A DNA stretch of 63,918 nt, the filler included, from Moniliella sp. 'wahieum' (lineage: Eukaryota), in the NCBI GenBank assembly GCA_003971905.1. It is 3 parts of 3 records of this genome, joined end to end, with 100 filler letters (N's around TTAATTAATTAA, not from the genome) between each part and the next. Parts side by side here need not be neighbours in the genome. Positions count along the whole stretch, not along the records: positions 1 to 25,362 come from RSEE01000190.1; positions 25,463 to 46,831 come from RSEE01000191.1; 1 more part is not named here. One strand, given 5' to 3'. Numbering within the stretch: position 1 is the stretch's first letter; every line of letters starts with the position of its first letter. Shown in pieces: positions 23,664 to 37,400 of this stretch. Made by a program: the position numbers and the translations under genes. The notes under the pieces were generated by a model. It was not told where the DNA came from and searched no databases. It saw only the letters and a program-made list of their open reading frames with translations.

Positions 23664-25362
23664 ATGAGCATGACCCCGCCAGCCCACTCGTCGCTGCCTC
23701 GGTGGCGCGTACTTGGCAGAGGCGCGTCGCGCACCTCGTCCAGCGCTGCAGCGCCCGCTCCCTAACCAGCCCAGGTCCACGCCCAGCGCGACCCCGCGCC
23801 AGCCCACCCGTCCTCCTTCTCGGCAACGACGCGGCGGACCTCGACTCGGTAGTGAGCGCGGTGGCTACGGGGTACCTCTTGACCTACTTCTCCTTTGGTC
23901 CGCCGCCGTCCGCCGCACGGTTTCCCCATTGACCAGCCCCGACCCATGGACCGCATCTACCTCCTCCGCCTCGCCCTCCGCCCCATCTTCGTTCCTGGCC
24001 GTGCCCATCGTCCAGACCGACGCGGCGAACGCGGTTCTCCGACCAAAAACCACCTGTTCCTCCGCTACGCTCTTGGTGAGCACAGCACAGGACCACTCGT
24101 GTACCTCTACGAGCTCCTTGGCCTCTACAAACCCAGGGCGACGAGGCCCACACCTGGCGCCTCAGTCGCGATGGGAACACGTAAGCTTTGCCCTGGTCGA
24201 CCATAACCGTCTCTCTCCCACTTGGGCGACGACCGTACCGTGCTCGCCATCCTCGATCACCACCAACTAGCGGGCGCACCTGCACGCCCTCTGCGCGTCG
24301 TCGAGGGCCCAGATTCGCCCCAGTCGACAGGCTCTGCGCTTCGCTCGTCGCGCTCGTCTGGGACCGAGTGGGCGCCGGAGCAGCGATCGACCTGTTCCCC
24401 CGCATCGGCAGATCGCCAGGATCGCCAGGCTCGACGGGCTTGGGCTTGACGGTACAGAGGCACCGCGGACGGTTGGCCTTGGTCGCCGCTTACTCCTTGG
24501 ACCCATCTTGCTCGACACAAAGCGCTCAAACCAGTGGCCAAGGGGGCAAGCGACGCACTGGGACCAAGTGGCGGCGCAGCTGCTCTGCCCCTCTGCCGCG
24601 CTGGCTCCTGCAGCCGAAACGCAGCTGACCCAGTCGCGCTAGACTCCACCTCGCACCCCGCTCGCCGCCCCCATCCCGTCTCTCCGCATGGGACGCCCTA
24701 GCTTCTACCCCGACGGAGGCGGGACCCGCCCCCCGAGACCGGCGGCCTCGGTCGGTGCCACTACGTCGGTTGCGCCCGTTGACCCCCCACCACCAGTACC
24801 AATACCACCAGCACCAAGACGACCTGACGCGCAGATCAGCGGCTCAAACCGGGTGGCGACAGCTGGACCAGCCAAGGCGTCAGCAGCGACAATCTTGACG
24901 CCCGCGCAGCTCCGGCGCGACTGTAAGGTAGTGGTTGCTTCGACCCATGGCCATGGGGAGGTGGTTGCAAACCGCTTGTCACCCTCTTCTTGGCCACCTT
25001 GCCCACCTCGCTAACCGCACCTGGTCTATGGCGCTGCCGGTGGCGCTGGACCGTCGTTCCCCCACCCCCTGTCCTCGGGCGGTGGTCTGCAGTATCGGAC
25101 GCGCGCTGCGCATGCCCATGCGTGGCTGACGTGGTTGGAAGACGGTAGCGTCGTTTGCGCGCGCGAAACAGGCCGACATGGTAATCGGGCTATGTTCATC
25201 GCAGTTTCCCCCTCCCGCGGGCAAACCTCCACCTTCGTCACCCACCCCGTCGCACGCTGCTCCTCGGCCCTCGACCAAAACCAAGTCCAAGTCCACACAG
25301 CACATTCGCGAACTATTCGTCCTCGCCGTCGGGTCTCGCAGCATGACGCGCAGACCACTTTG
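23664..25362 (+). CDS. PPX1: DHH-family exopolyphosphatase (Ppx1/Prune-like); multiply frameshifted, 3' end at the gap
   Basis: Motifs GNDAADLDSVVSA, FALVDHNRL, VLAILDHH, TGSA and the DHHA2-like LRRDCK occur in order across frames. Confidence 0.75.
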
Positions 25363-25462
25363 NNNNNNNNNNNNNNNNNNNNNNNNNNNNNNNNNNNNNN
25401 NNNNNNTTAATTAATTAANNNNNNNNNNNNNNNNNNNNNNNNNNNNNNNNNNNNNNNNNNNN
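25363..25462. other. Artificial contig linker (44 N + TTAATTAATTAA + 44 N)
   Basis: Six-frame stop spacer embedded in Ns. Confidence 0.99.
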
Positions 25463-27075
25463 CCCGGTCTCGGGTTCAGGCGGTCAGGCGGTAACACCCC
25501 TCAGCTGAGGCCTCAGCCTCACGGGTTTAGTGAGCGGGGCATTCGGCAACATACACCATCGGCATCATCGCCAATGGCATCATCCACTTGGGCGTTATCT
25601 CCATCGGCAGCATCATCTGCTACATGGCCACCATCGACATCGATCATCGATCACGATGTGTATCAACATAATTCAATCATTAATCAGCAATCGCCATCTG
25701 ACATCTGACACCTTCTGACACAGCAGGAGACAACAGCTCAACAACGGAAAGTCTGGACGATCTTTCCTTTGCCACCCCGGTCCATCTCCGTCGCGTCAAG
25801 ACAACTCCGCCCGCCGTGGCCTGTCTAATCGATCCAACGTCTAATGCGATCTAATGCGATCTACCGATTTGACGTCTTCTAATCGACTAATCGATCTAAG
25901 ATCCAATGTCCACTCTTCAAGCTTCAAGCTTCAAGCTTCATCAGCATCATGCACCAGCGCATATCAGTGCAATGCCAAACGCCACAAGGGGAAAAGGGGG
26001 CTCCTGTTGCATGCTCTTATTGTTCCTCGCCTGTTCGCCTGCCAGGACTGTTCAATGGTACCCCCCACTCTGTGCTGTCCGATCTTACGTCGCAATTTTA
26101 GTCAGAGGCCGAACGGGCTGCCTCGCACGGCTATATAGCACTCGAAGCTTGATCAAGCTTCATGCTTCACTGTGGTAAGCCTTCAAGCACCAAAAGATCC
26201 AGCTCTTCAAGCCGGTGTGCTTTTCATATGCTCTCTTTTTCCTGGTGATACCACTTTATGTATTTTAGTTTGGTAGTCGTGGACGATGCGCTCGGGCTCC
26301 CTCTCATCCCATCTCTCGTTGACGCTAGGCTCCGGGTGTCGAGAGAGTTCTGAGATCCGGATCTGAACCGAGGCCCTGCAGGCTTTCTTAGTTGTGGAGG
26401 AGAGGGGGGGGGGGGTGAAGACAGCCTGGCAGTCTATGCAGCAGCAACTAAGGCGCTGGGTATGAATTGCCTCCCACCGTGGGGCCTCAGCACAAGTAGT
26501 CAATCCACCTCGGCCCGCTTGGAAAGCGAGACACAGACTGCACACCTACGCAGCAGTCGTGCACCACCTCTTGGGGTTTAGCAGTGAATCTATTTCGACG
26601 ACTGCGTTCACTATGAGCCATCACAAGTCCCAGTACGCACCTGGCCATACGATGCGGGGTGTATATGGAATGGATGCCATGGAAATATGTACTTAGTAGA
26701 GCAGTAGGCATAATCGGGGCAGTGGAGGCGTAAAGCTTCATTGGAAGCACAGAAAAGGGGGGATTAGGGGATATATAAACGGAACAGAAACGCCGACATA
26801 AGGGTTGTAAATGCGTCCACCAAGAAGGGCGAGACCCACAGAAATATGCAAAGGGGGGGCAGGTCGGCTGCAATGGCAGTCACACGGCTTGGTTGCTAGT
26901 GACGACATAGTAACCTCCCGTAACGTAGATAAAGTAGATGCAGAGAAAACGTCGATGATCCGTCGATACAGCAGTCATGCTTACGAGCCAGAATCATAAA
27001 CGATAAATGGTCAGGACGATGCGGGGGGAGGGTGTGGGGTGCAAAGCGCATCTCCAAAGGGCTCATAGCCCATTT

Positions 27076-30000
27076 TAGCCCTCGCGCAAAGGTACTTCAA
27101 TACGGCTGTTAAACTGCCGAGCCGGAGGCGTAGGAAGCATGCTCATCGGCCGACAAACCGACCAGGCGGTCGTACGCCTTTTCTGTCGCGGTCCGGACGC
27201 GCGGCGAGGGCCGCCAGGCGGGTGGATGGGGAGATTCCATCTCCGGTGTCGGAGCAAGGAGCGAAGAAGCTTGGCTCGATGGGCGGGCAGTGGAAATGCA
27301 CGCGAAGACGGGCGGGGACGAAGGGTGCGTCGGACAAGACAGTGTGGCGTAAGGACATGCCTTCCGAGCGCTCCTCAATGTCGGACAGCGGCGCACCATA
27401 GTTCCACGTATCTTCTCGATGCAAGTAGTCCTCCATGCCCATCCCGGCTTCCGGGTCAGGCGAGGGGGTTGATCGAGGCGACGAAGCCGACAGAGCAGAA
27501 GATGCTTCTCCTTGCCCTTCTGCCTTTCCTTCTCTCGACGCCCGTTCTTCCTTCTCTCTCCCTGTCCCCATTCCTCCGGGGGAGAAGGGAACCGCGAAGA
27601 CACTTCCAAGATGCCCGGATTCCAATCCCCGCTGCCACGCAGCAAAGCACCTGATTCGGTCCCTTCTGTCGCAGCCAGTGTTGGCTGGGAGGGAGAGGGA
27701 ACAGAGGGAACAGTGAATGGACTGGTCGCACCTTCCCATACCCCGGGTGCTGGTTGGCCGTCCATCACGGCCTGATCCAACTTGGTCTTGTGCCACCGAC
27801 TGTTCTCTGCCATCAGGAACGACCGGAGACCCCAGGACGACACCCAAATAGTTCGACTGCTCCTGCACCCCCGACCCTGGGACCGCTGGCCGAAGCTCTT
27901 GACCAGGCAACGTTCCTGGCTTGACCATGGGACTGATGTCTGTTTTGGGGCCTGGCTGTAAGAGAGGCGCGCTGCCGGACTGGTGCAGGGGAGAGGCTGG
28001 GACAGCTGGAGCTGGAGGGTCTCTGGACTGTGGATGGAGAGTTGAGAGGTGGGATCCAGTTCCGAGCTGGAAAGTCCTTGCGGGGTGAGTTCCGTGCCCG
28101 CCGTACCGGCCGGTCCGTCAGAATAAGGTGTGCCACGCCCCGCTTCTTCCTGTTCCTCGGGAACACCAAGTAGAGCAGTGCGGTCCATGTCGGGTGAAGA
28201 GACCCTTGTCTGGTGCCATCCCAAAGGATTTGCTCACGCTCTTCGCTAGACGAGTCTCTCCCCTCGCTACTCCCTTGTTGATCGCGCCGGAGACGTTGGC
28301 CCACAGCCAGAGCAGCGAGCCAGTTCGCCCGCTTGCTTCTGTTTCCGCATTGGCTCCTGTAGCGTCCTGTGGGGTACAGGGGAAACAGAGTCCTGAAAAC
28401 GAGTGCCGGAAGAGCGAGGAGTGTCTCGGTCCCACGGTTCGGACGAGGCATCGACATAGGGATCGGGGGTGGGCGTCATATAGTCCCTGGAATCCCTAAA
28501 CCGACCAAATGTATCATTGGACCCACGCAGATCCTGCCGCGATCCGACTACGCGCCCATAGAGCAGCTGCTGCGATGGATGGTGAATGACCGAAGGATCC
28601 CGGATGGTGCCGAGCGAGGGCGACGTTACGGTCAAGGATGGTGTTAAAGGAGACGCGATTGAACTTCGAACATCGGTTACCACTGTCCGGTCCAGTGGGC
28701 TGTTGGCGACCGGTTCCTCCGGTTGTTCCTCCGCATGAGGCGGAGAAGGGGGGACGTGGTGGGTACTAGTTTGGTCCGCAACGGCCATTGCGACCGGTAC
28801 AGCAGCGGTCACGCCAGCAGTCGCGCCAACAGTTTCGGGCACCCACGCAGGGCGGTTGGGATTCCGAGGCGGGGGGCGAACAAAGGTACTGCCTCACGCT
28901 GTTCGGACCGAGGCAGGGCAGTACCTCATCACCTGGAGGTGGTATGGGTGCAGACCCGGCAGTGGAGCAGTATAATGAACAGGTGACGAGCTGGAGCTGG
29001 GCTTCGGGTTCCCGACTGGCTCAGAAGTTGGCACCCCTTCCTCTTCGGCCCTCTTGGATTGCGATTGCTGGTCCGCCTCAACCCCGCCACCGCTCCACCA
29101 ACGATCCAATGCCCGCCACTCCGACAGAGGCAAGTCGGTCCGAGATGCCCGTACTGTGCGACGCATGTGGGTATCGAGCTCCTCCGCTGAACTGCGACTG
29201 CCCGTGCGATGCCTCTGCGCCCGGGTGGGCCCCGGACTGGGTACCACTAGTGGCTCCCACGGCGTCGGAATGCATGGGCACAGACGGGGAAGAGGCTCTT
29301 TGTTTTCCCTTGCTGGCCAACGCGCCTCCCGCTACAGCCCCGCGCCCCTGCGGCGCCAGCGGCCACAGCCGTATACGCACCTCTTCCCCCGGACCGTAAG
29401 AAGAATCGGGAGGCCAGGCCTCGAGGGTGATGATCTACCTCGCCGGCCGTGCCATCTTCCAATTTTTCCGGCGCAAGCAGTCCTGCGTGTGTGTATCGGT
29501 CTTGTTCGCCATACGGATCCCGGGCACGTCGCCGCCGACGCAGGAGAAGAAAGAGCAATAATGTAAGAGAGCCAGAAGAAGCAGGGCACCAAAAAAGGAT
29601 CCAATCGCAATGCCCACAATCTTCCCTGAGACAGGGCGTTGTGTCGCTGCGGCTGGGGGGGGTGACCGGTGTGGGCGGCAGGAAACCGCTTGCTGCACTT
29701 GGACGATCGGAGGGGGAGGCGCGTGGGTAGATGAGACAAAGGTGCTAGGAGTGAAGGGGCAGGGGTTGTCGTGCTGCCAGCGGAAGGGCTGGCTTGATGG
29801 GGAGGACGATGGGTGGGCAAGGAGGATGAAGGTGGTGCGGCGAGTGAGGAAGAAAGCGTATGGCTCTCAGTGGAGGAAAAGGTGCAGACGAGGTGGGTGA
29901 GAGGGCAGTGGATGTGGGAGAAGGGACGATGCCACTGCTGGTGTGTCGGGTATGTGAATGGGAGTGAGAATGGGAGTGAGAATGGGGATGGGAATGGGGA

Positions 30001-30294
30001 TGGGAATGGGAGGGTGAGAGGTGGGCAGAGGTGGAGGAGGGGTCGAGGGTGGTGTAGAGAGAGCCGAGGGGCGGGGGAGGGTGGGTCCCGAGTAGGTGAG
30101 AGGCTTGTATACAAGGCTGTACGCCGGTTGGGCGAAGGTTCGGTGTGGGTGAGGGTGTGCTGGGCGCGGGTGGTGGTGATGGTGGTGGTGCGGGGGGTGG
30201 TGGTCCAAGCGCTGTAGGAGAGCCATGGGGGGAGATTGGGGATGGTTGTTTCGAGCGGAGGTGCGCTGGCCAGGAGCGGCGGGAGGGGGGGCAT
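27076..30294 (-). CDS. Putative single-pass membrane protein with S/T/P-rich ectodomain and disordered cytoplasmic tail (frameshifted)
   Basis: S/T/P/H-rich N-terminal region, TM segment [22 protein letters not shown] (about 29565-29630) followed by basic residues. Long consecutive minus-strand ORFs (28267..28842, 27109..28224). Boundaries uncertain. Confidence 0.45.
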
Positions 30295-30818
30295 CGCCTG
30301 GAATGGCGAGGGCCGGGGGGGATGGCGAGGGCGAGGGTTAGCGGGGAGCTGGAGAGGCAGCTGGAGATGGCGATAGGGGGAGAAGGGGTGGCGATGGAGG
30401 TGGCGATGGCGAGGGAGGCGATGGTGGAAGCGGAGGCGGGGTCTGCAGAAGGAGGCTTTGGATGGAGACGAACGTTGAGCCAGCTTCTAAATTCCAAAGT
30501 GGGACCCTTGCCAGTACATGAGGCCCAGAGGCGCCCCAGACACCGCCGCCGTGCCTGCTCCACACGCGAGTCCCTTCCTTCAACTTTCAAATCGGGCCGC
30601 TGTCCCATGCTGTCGTCTGCGGTCGCCCGCGTGGTTACTGAAACATTGCAAACGCATGTCTTTCTGCGGCTTTTTTTCCGTCGGCATCTTTTTTTTCCCT
30701 CAGCTGTCCTGCCCCTCCGAACTAGTCAGTCAGTACTCAGTCGAGTCCCACGTCCGATTAACAGTCCCATTGCGCTCGCCCCCCGGCTGCCGCCACCACC
30801 CCCACCTCCATCGCGGCC

Positions 30819-32447
30819 ATGTCCGACTCGATCCACAGCCAGTATGACACCCTCCTCATCCTCGACTTTGGCTCGCAGTACAGCCACCTATCACCCGCCG
30901 CTGTCGCGAGCTGAACGTGTACTGCGAGATGCTGCCCTGCACCCAGCGCATCAAGGACCTCGACTGGTCCCCCAAGGGCATCATCCTCTCCGGCTCGCCC
31001 TACTCCGTCTACGACGACGGCGCCCCCGCGTCGACCCCGACGTCTTCACCCTCGGCGTGCCTGTTCTTGGCATCTGCTACGGCCTCCAGGAGATTGCCTG
31101 GAACCATGGCGGGCGGGTGGACCCGTGCGACCACCGCGAGTACGGCAGCGCCGATCTCGAGATTGTCACCACGGGCAACGCGCACCTTGATGCTCTCTTC
31201 CAGAACCTCGGGAAGCAGATGACCGTGTGGATGTCGCACGGCGACCAGCTCAGCAAGCTCCCCGACGATTTTGCGGTCATTGCCAAGACGCCGACGGCGC
31301 CCTACGCCGCCATCGCCCACAAGACCAAGCCCATCTACGGCATCCAGTTCCACGCCGAGGTCACCCACTCCCAGCAGGGCGAGAAGATCTTCGATTCGTT
31401 TGTCAACATTTGCCAGTGCCGTCGCGACTGGACCATGTCGACGTTTATTGACAAGGAGATTGCCCGGATTCGCGAGCTGGTTGGTCCCAAGGGCCGTGTG
31501 CTGGGCGCCATCTCGGGCGGGGTGGACTCATCGGTCGCGGCCAAGTTGATGCACGAGGCGATTGGCGACCGCTTCCACGCGGTCATGGTGGACAATGGCG
31601 TGTTGCGTGCCAACGAAGCAGCACAGGTGGAACAGATGTTGAGTAAGGACTTGGGTGTCAAGCTCACCGTTGTCGATGCCTCGGACCTCTTCCTCTCTCG
31701 CCTTGCAGGGTGGAGGACCCGGAGAAGAAGCGCAAGATCATCGGCAACACGTTTATTAACGTGTTTGAGGAGGAAGCTGCTAAGATCGAGGCAGAGGCAG
31801 ACAAGGAGGAAGCCGCCGCTCTGGCCGCGGGCAAGGCGTCGGAAGCGAAGGGCAAGTTTGAGTGGCTTCTCCAAGGTACGCTCTACCCCGATGTGATCGA
31901 GTCCATCTCGTTCAAGGGGCCCTCTGCAACGATCAAGACGCACCACAATGTGGGCGGCCTGCTGGAGGACATGAAGCTCAAGCTGATTGAGCCGCTGCGT
32001 GAGCTGTTCAAGGACGAAGTCCGTGCTCTGGGTCGGATTATGGGCATCCCCGAGCACCTCGTTGGTCGTCACCCCTTCCCCGGCCCCGGTCTGGCCATCC
32101 GCATCCTCGGCCCCATCACCCGGGACCAAGTCAAGATCCTCCAACATGCCGACCAGATCTACATTGAGGAGATTCGCAAGGCGGGCATCTACGACAAGAT
32201 CAGCCAGGCGTTTGCTGTGCTGCTGCCTGTGCGCGCGGTGGGTGTGCAGGGAGACAAGCGGACATACGACCAAGTGATTGCGCTTCGTGCGGCGCAGACC
32301 ACGGACTTCATGACGGCTACCTGGTACCCTTTCCCGTATGACTTCCTGTCCCGTGTTTCCAACCGCATCACCAACGAGGTCAGCGGCATCAACCGCGTTG
32401 TGCTCGATATCTCCTCCAAACCGCCTGCGACGATCGAGTGGTTGTAA
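30819..32447 (+). CDS. GUA1: GMP synthase (glutamine-hydrolysing), intronless; three apparent 1-bp frameshifts (about 30890, 31028, 31708)
   Basis: [105 protein letters not shown]. Confidence 0.98.
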
Positions 32448-32965
32448 GCTCCGGTGGATTTGGCCTTACCGTTCTCCTTCTCCTTGCCCCCTCCCCACAA
32501 TCACAGCATATACTTTTTTTCTTGGCAATCGGACCTCTCCTACCCACTTGGCAATGGTAACCTGCCTCTTCAACCGCCTCTCCCAGTCTGTCTGGCACAT
32601 AGGTCGCTGCTGGTACGATGCTGCGGCCCAAGGTCTTTTTGCAGAGCGTCATTATCTTCCTCTAGCCGCCCAAGGATGCTTCCGCAGCGCGATCTTTCTC
32701 CCCGATGGCCTGACACGGCAATGACGCCGTTTCCCGTACCAGTTGCTGCGGGTCATGACGGATGGCGGTGCGATCGATAGTACGAAGAATGTTACCTGCG
32801 CTAGGAAAGGCCCAACCTCGGCGTCTGGGCTGCCCTTCGGGATTCAATTTCAATCCACCACCAAGTGCAAGTTTCAAGCCACGACCAGCACGTGTTACGT
32901 GTTACGTACGCCGCCAGCCCGTCGGTGTCCGCCGGCACACCAGCCCTGCCCCCTCCACCGCCACC

Positions 32966-33654
32966 ATGAGCCACGCGCCTCGCCCCCGCCCCCGCGATGG
33001 CTGGCGCCCGCCCGAAGAAGTCACCGGCACCGCTCTGGTCATTGGAGGAGGCGTTCCCGCCGGCAAGGGTGTGATGCCGGTCGACTATGTGGGCGTCGAT
33101 GGCCACTCGTATTCGGCGATGCCCATTGAGACGGCGACGTGGGACCCGGCCTTGCGGCAGCACGACTGGGACGTGTGGCAGGGCAAGACAGGTGCCACCG
33201 CTGTGTCCAACCCCGCTGCCGCACCTTTTGTCCCTGCTAGCGAGGCCGGGCAGTGGGACTGTTCCCCCCTGGGCGCGTGCAGCCCATGTCCAGCAGATGT
33301 GGTGCGCATTCCTTCTCCTCTCTCCTCCTTTCCCCCCCGTTCTCTGTGCTGCGGACTAAGCTAAGACGTATGCCACTCTCTCTTGCGCATGCCAAGGCTC
33401 ACTTGCCTTACTGCCAGCCATGGGGGAACCGATTGGAAGTAGAGTGTGTTCAGCGCGGCGCGGCTCGTCCTGCCGAACCTTCAAGGGGGTGGCAGCAGTG
33501 TGGTCACGCCCCCAGCGCACAGCAATCGGCGTTTGTCCGCTTTGGCTTGCTCAACGTCCTGGTTGGGGTGGTGTGTATGGTGTTATTTCTCAAGCGGCAA
33601 CAGTATCTCGCGGCCAAAACTGCTGCGCTCAACGAACGGTTGAATCATACATGA
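32966..33654 (+). CDS. Small Cys-rich membrane protein, JTB (jumping translocation breakpoint)-like; one intron at about 33302-33396
   Basis: CSPLGACSPC...LPYCQPWGNRLEVEC...WQQCG...FVRFGLLNVLVGVVCMVLFLKRQQYL: six-Cys pattern, TM helix and basic tail. Family call is from recall of the motif pattern. Confidence 0.55.
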
Positions 33655-34445
33655 GCCTCCCTTGGGCTGCGCCCCCTCGCCCTTTTTCTATGGAGAGTGG
33701 GTCGTTGCCAAACGTCGTTGCCAAAGGTATGGGGCTTGTTGTTGCATTACAAGTCCATTCACTATTCATATTCATCCCTCGAATGGGACCCAACCGAAAG
33801 CTGAATTTAGGCCAAAGTGCCGCAGTGCTATCGCACAGCATTTGCACGGCACTTTTGTCATATGCACATGTATGGTATGCTTACGCGGATACCAAGGCGG
33901 GCTACTCTTCTTTGATCGATTCATAGGGACCGGTGCCCCAGTCATTCGTAGGGGGCCTTTGGCTGGTCGTACACGATATGAGTTAACCGAACAGAGGCTT
34001 TGGGGCTTAGTGCTCCTTAGTGGCCCACGAACCAAGTATGTTGGCTACCCAATTTCGTGCGGCCGTTGCCGATCATACTACTTGGTGTCGGTACTGTGCG
34101 TCAGGCATTGAGGACCACGCCGAAACTCATCAGGTTTGGTGGAGGTGGGGGATTGGTCAGGTCGAAAAGGTACTGATGTATGGGAAAACAACATCGTTCT
34201 CGATAACCTTTATCCATTAGACCACAATACCAGCACGAAAACTGGAGATGAGGTGGGGAGCGCACCAGGTCTGAGGGCGTATACCAACTTACTCCTTGTC
34301 TGCCCCGACTTCACGGTCGGCTGCAGTGGGTCTGCTCAGGTCAGAGGGGGTATAGAGCTCTACCACACTTCCATTCCCTTGTCCGCCGTGATATCTGGCC
34401 GCCTGCATCTTAGTAGCCAGGTCGAGCGACTTGGTTGTGTTTGAT

Positions 34446-34478
34446 TGAAGCTTGAAGCTTGAAGCTTGAAGCTTGAAG
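34446..34478. repeat. (TGAAGCT)n heptamer tandem repeat
   Basis: tgaagcttgaagcttgaagcttgaagcttgaag; similar AAGCTT-centred heptamer repeats occur at 25916-25940, 36302-36345 and 36646-36662. Confidence 0.9.
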
Positions 34479-37400
34479 TTTGCTTCTCTTTACCGCGTGC
34501 CAACGTCGAGCGTACGGCACCTTTTTCTTTGTGGTAGTAGACTGAGCATCAGGGGATGGAAACACGGAGTAGCCCAAACAATGTTGGTGTGGGAAAAGGG
34601 AGTTGGGACTAGCGTTGGGGCCTGTGCCAGTCCTGACGGTGAAGATTGCGACGGAGGAGGAGTAGGAAAGGACTGTGCAGCGGATGACGCCGATGAAGCA
34701 GAGCCGGAGGCGGAGAAGTTAATAACAGGAGTGCTAGTGTCGTTGGCGTCGTCGTTGCCGTCTCTGTCAAATGTCGTACTGACGGCGCTGATACATCATC
34801 ATGTGCTGATGCTGATGCATCCTGATAATGGCCGATCATTGATCGAGATAATAGGTTGGGACCCTACTACTTACTGCCACCATGCAGGTACGAAACCTGT
34901 TCCTGTTCCGTGCTTCCAAGTATACTGCTGGTACTGATGATCGATGATGCGCGTCGGACTTGGCACAGGTTTGACTGGCTTAGCCGGGCTTGGCAGCGCG
35001 AAAGGCAGCCATTCACACGCCACAAACACCCCTGCTGCTCCCTGTGGCGTTCTTGGCCCTGCGCAAGTGCAAGTCCTGCGCCTCGCCCTCACCGTCTCAA
35101 CGTCTCAACGCCTCAACATTCAACTGAACGTCCATCGATCATCGCTCGGCCTGAGCGCTCACCTGCAGGAATATAAAAGGAAAACATGTTCTAGTATGCA
35201 GGGACAATTTGTGTTCCAACTTGAACGTCTTGAATGCTCACGCTCTTCATTGTGGTTCTCGAGCTGCCACAGCTTAGCGCTTCGCGGGTTCCCGGCTTAC
35301 CGGAGGAGTTCCGCAGAGTCATCCAGTCATCATTAGCCAACCTACTACTAGCCACACTCTGCCGCATCTCTCAAAAAATGCCTTGGCGCCGTCATCGACG
35401 TCATCGAGTCATCGCCCGCTGTCATCTCTGACATCGACCACACCCCGTGCGTTCCTTACCCTATAGGTATCTGCGTGCAATGATGCAAATGAGATGGGAT
35501 AGAACCATTTGAGATCGATAGTCGATAATCGACAGGGGAGCTCAGTCTGAATAACGTCCAGCGTCCAGCCTAGATGCTGCCCAGCTCTCACATGTCACAA
35601 CTTACATTTCATACCAGAGCAGCTCAGCTGGCGCTGATTATAAAGCGCGCTGAGCATGTTGGAGAGAGTTGGTGGCGATCATGAGACCCATGACATGATG
35701 ACATGTGACAGAGAGAATGCACTTGACGCGCGTGACGTCCAGCGTTCGCTGCGTGCTCAGTTCAAAACATCATTGACCTAACCATTTGACAAGAACATGA
35801 GGGCTCATGCATGAGCCATGAGCTGCATGAAGAGCCGTGCAGGTGAGAGGCCTTGGACCTCATGCAGGCCTAAGGCCTATGGGCTAGGCATCCATGATGA
35901 ACATGAAGCTTGACGGGCGGAGGGGGAAATGAAAGCAGTTCAGAGGCGTGAGCGTGATGGGGGAGAGGTTTATGAGCACCGTTGCTGGTCCCGTGACAAA
36001 GGTTTGAGCGAGAGAGGGAAGAGGGCGCGCTGACCAGAGTAAATTAGAAGTAAATCATCCTGACACGTGACATGCCATGTGTCCCGAGCAATCGTGCACG
36101 GGCCGCTGGCGAATTATCAGAGCATCATGCATCATGCATCATTGCATCATCCATTCGATATTCGCATCTCATCGCGAGGCCCAAGCGGCACACCAGGGTA
36201 CCCCGTGTCTCGAACCAGGGATTGGTCAAGTGCAGGTGGCGCCGTGCGAGGGTGCTTAGTGTACTCTGAGTACACTGACTACAGGTCGCTGAGGTGAACC
36301 GGTGAAGCTTCAATTGAAGCTTGAAGAGCTTGAAGCTTGAAGCTAGGCTGAGGCGCTGAGGCTTAGCCCTCAGCATCACCGGTCGCCCTGAAACAGTCGT
36401 CACATGTCACAGGCCGGCCTGCGCATAATGAACTGCATCAATTCGGCCTCGGGCGTAGGGGCAGTGGACTCCAATAGCGTGTGGGGTAGCCTCGTTTTCA
36501 AGCTTCGGTGCTCGGCCTTGCTCGGCGCGTCTCTGGCTGGGCGCAGTCGTTGTTCTTGGCAATCCACTCGCGCTCAAGCTGCCGAAGCTCCTGGACCCTG
36601 GGTCTCTGCTGCTAGTAGCGAAGATGAAGGTTCAAACGTTCAATATTCAAGCTTCAAGCTTTGAGCATGAAGCTTGTGTGGAAAAGACCACACAGTTGCG
36701 CACGAGAGCGACAGAGACCAGAGAGTATTCATACCCTTCAGGAAGGAACGTCGACGGAAAGAATGCACTGAAGGGATCCAGACTTGGGCTCTTATGCTGG
36801 TGCACTTCCGGGTTGCACTGCCGCTTGAAGCTCGAGTTTGGAGACTCGTGGAACCTTGAGGATCAACACCATCATGCATGTCTCATGTCAATGCATGTCA
36901 TCGATTACCTGTCCTCTTCGTCATCCGTCTCAAGCGGCTGAGCAGCTCAGGCCTGAAATCAGCGACTGAGCTGAGCGCGCTGAGCAGCTAGATATAGTTG
37001 GGTGTGTCAATCATTGCTCTAGTTAGTCGTTGCTCGTAAATCAATATAATCATGCATCATCCATCACAGACCACCCATCGTCCTCTCTCGTGCAGAGGAA
37101 TGAATGACCCCAACGAACGACCCGGCTCAGCAGACTCTCAGCCTATAATCCCCTCAGCGACTCAGCTGAGGCTCAGCGCCCAGCGCTCCCTCAGGCCCTC
37201 AACGTGTTGAGTTCAACGTTGAGTTCAACGTTCAACGTTCATGCATCATGAACAGATGAGATTGATGAACGCTGCTGAGCCAGCGCTCAGCCGCTCACAT
37301 GCATCACATGCGCCCACATGTCACCGTGTCCGACAGAGGCTTGTCCGCTTCGCAACAGATTCTCATCAGCGTTTACGCATCGCACCCCAGCACTTCAGCG

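Noticed and set aside
25407..25418. TTAATTAATTAA palindrome within N runs (also 46876-46887)
   Set aside because: Artificial six-frame stop linker joining contigs, not biological. It also means the telomere-like repeat is not shown to be adjacent to the rDNA.
30819..32447. Programmed frameshifting or pseudogenisation of GUA1 (and EXO84, PPX1, cyclin L, Ulp, GH79)
   Set aside because: Single-base losses occur in every gene, including essential ones, often in homopolymers and with residues otherwise conserved. Sequencing consensus error explains this best.
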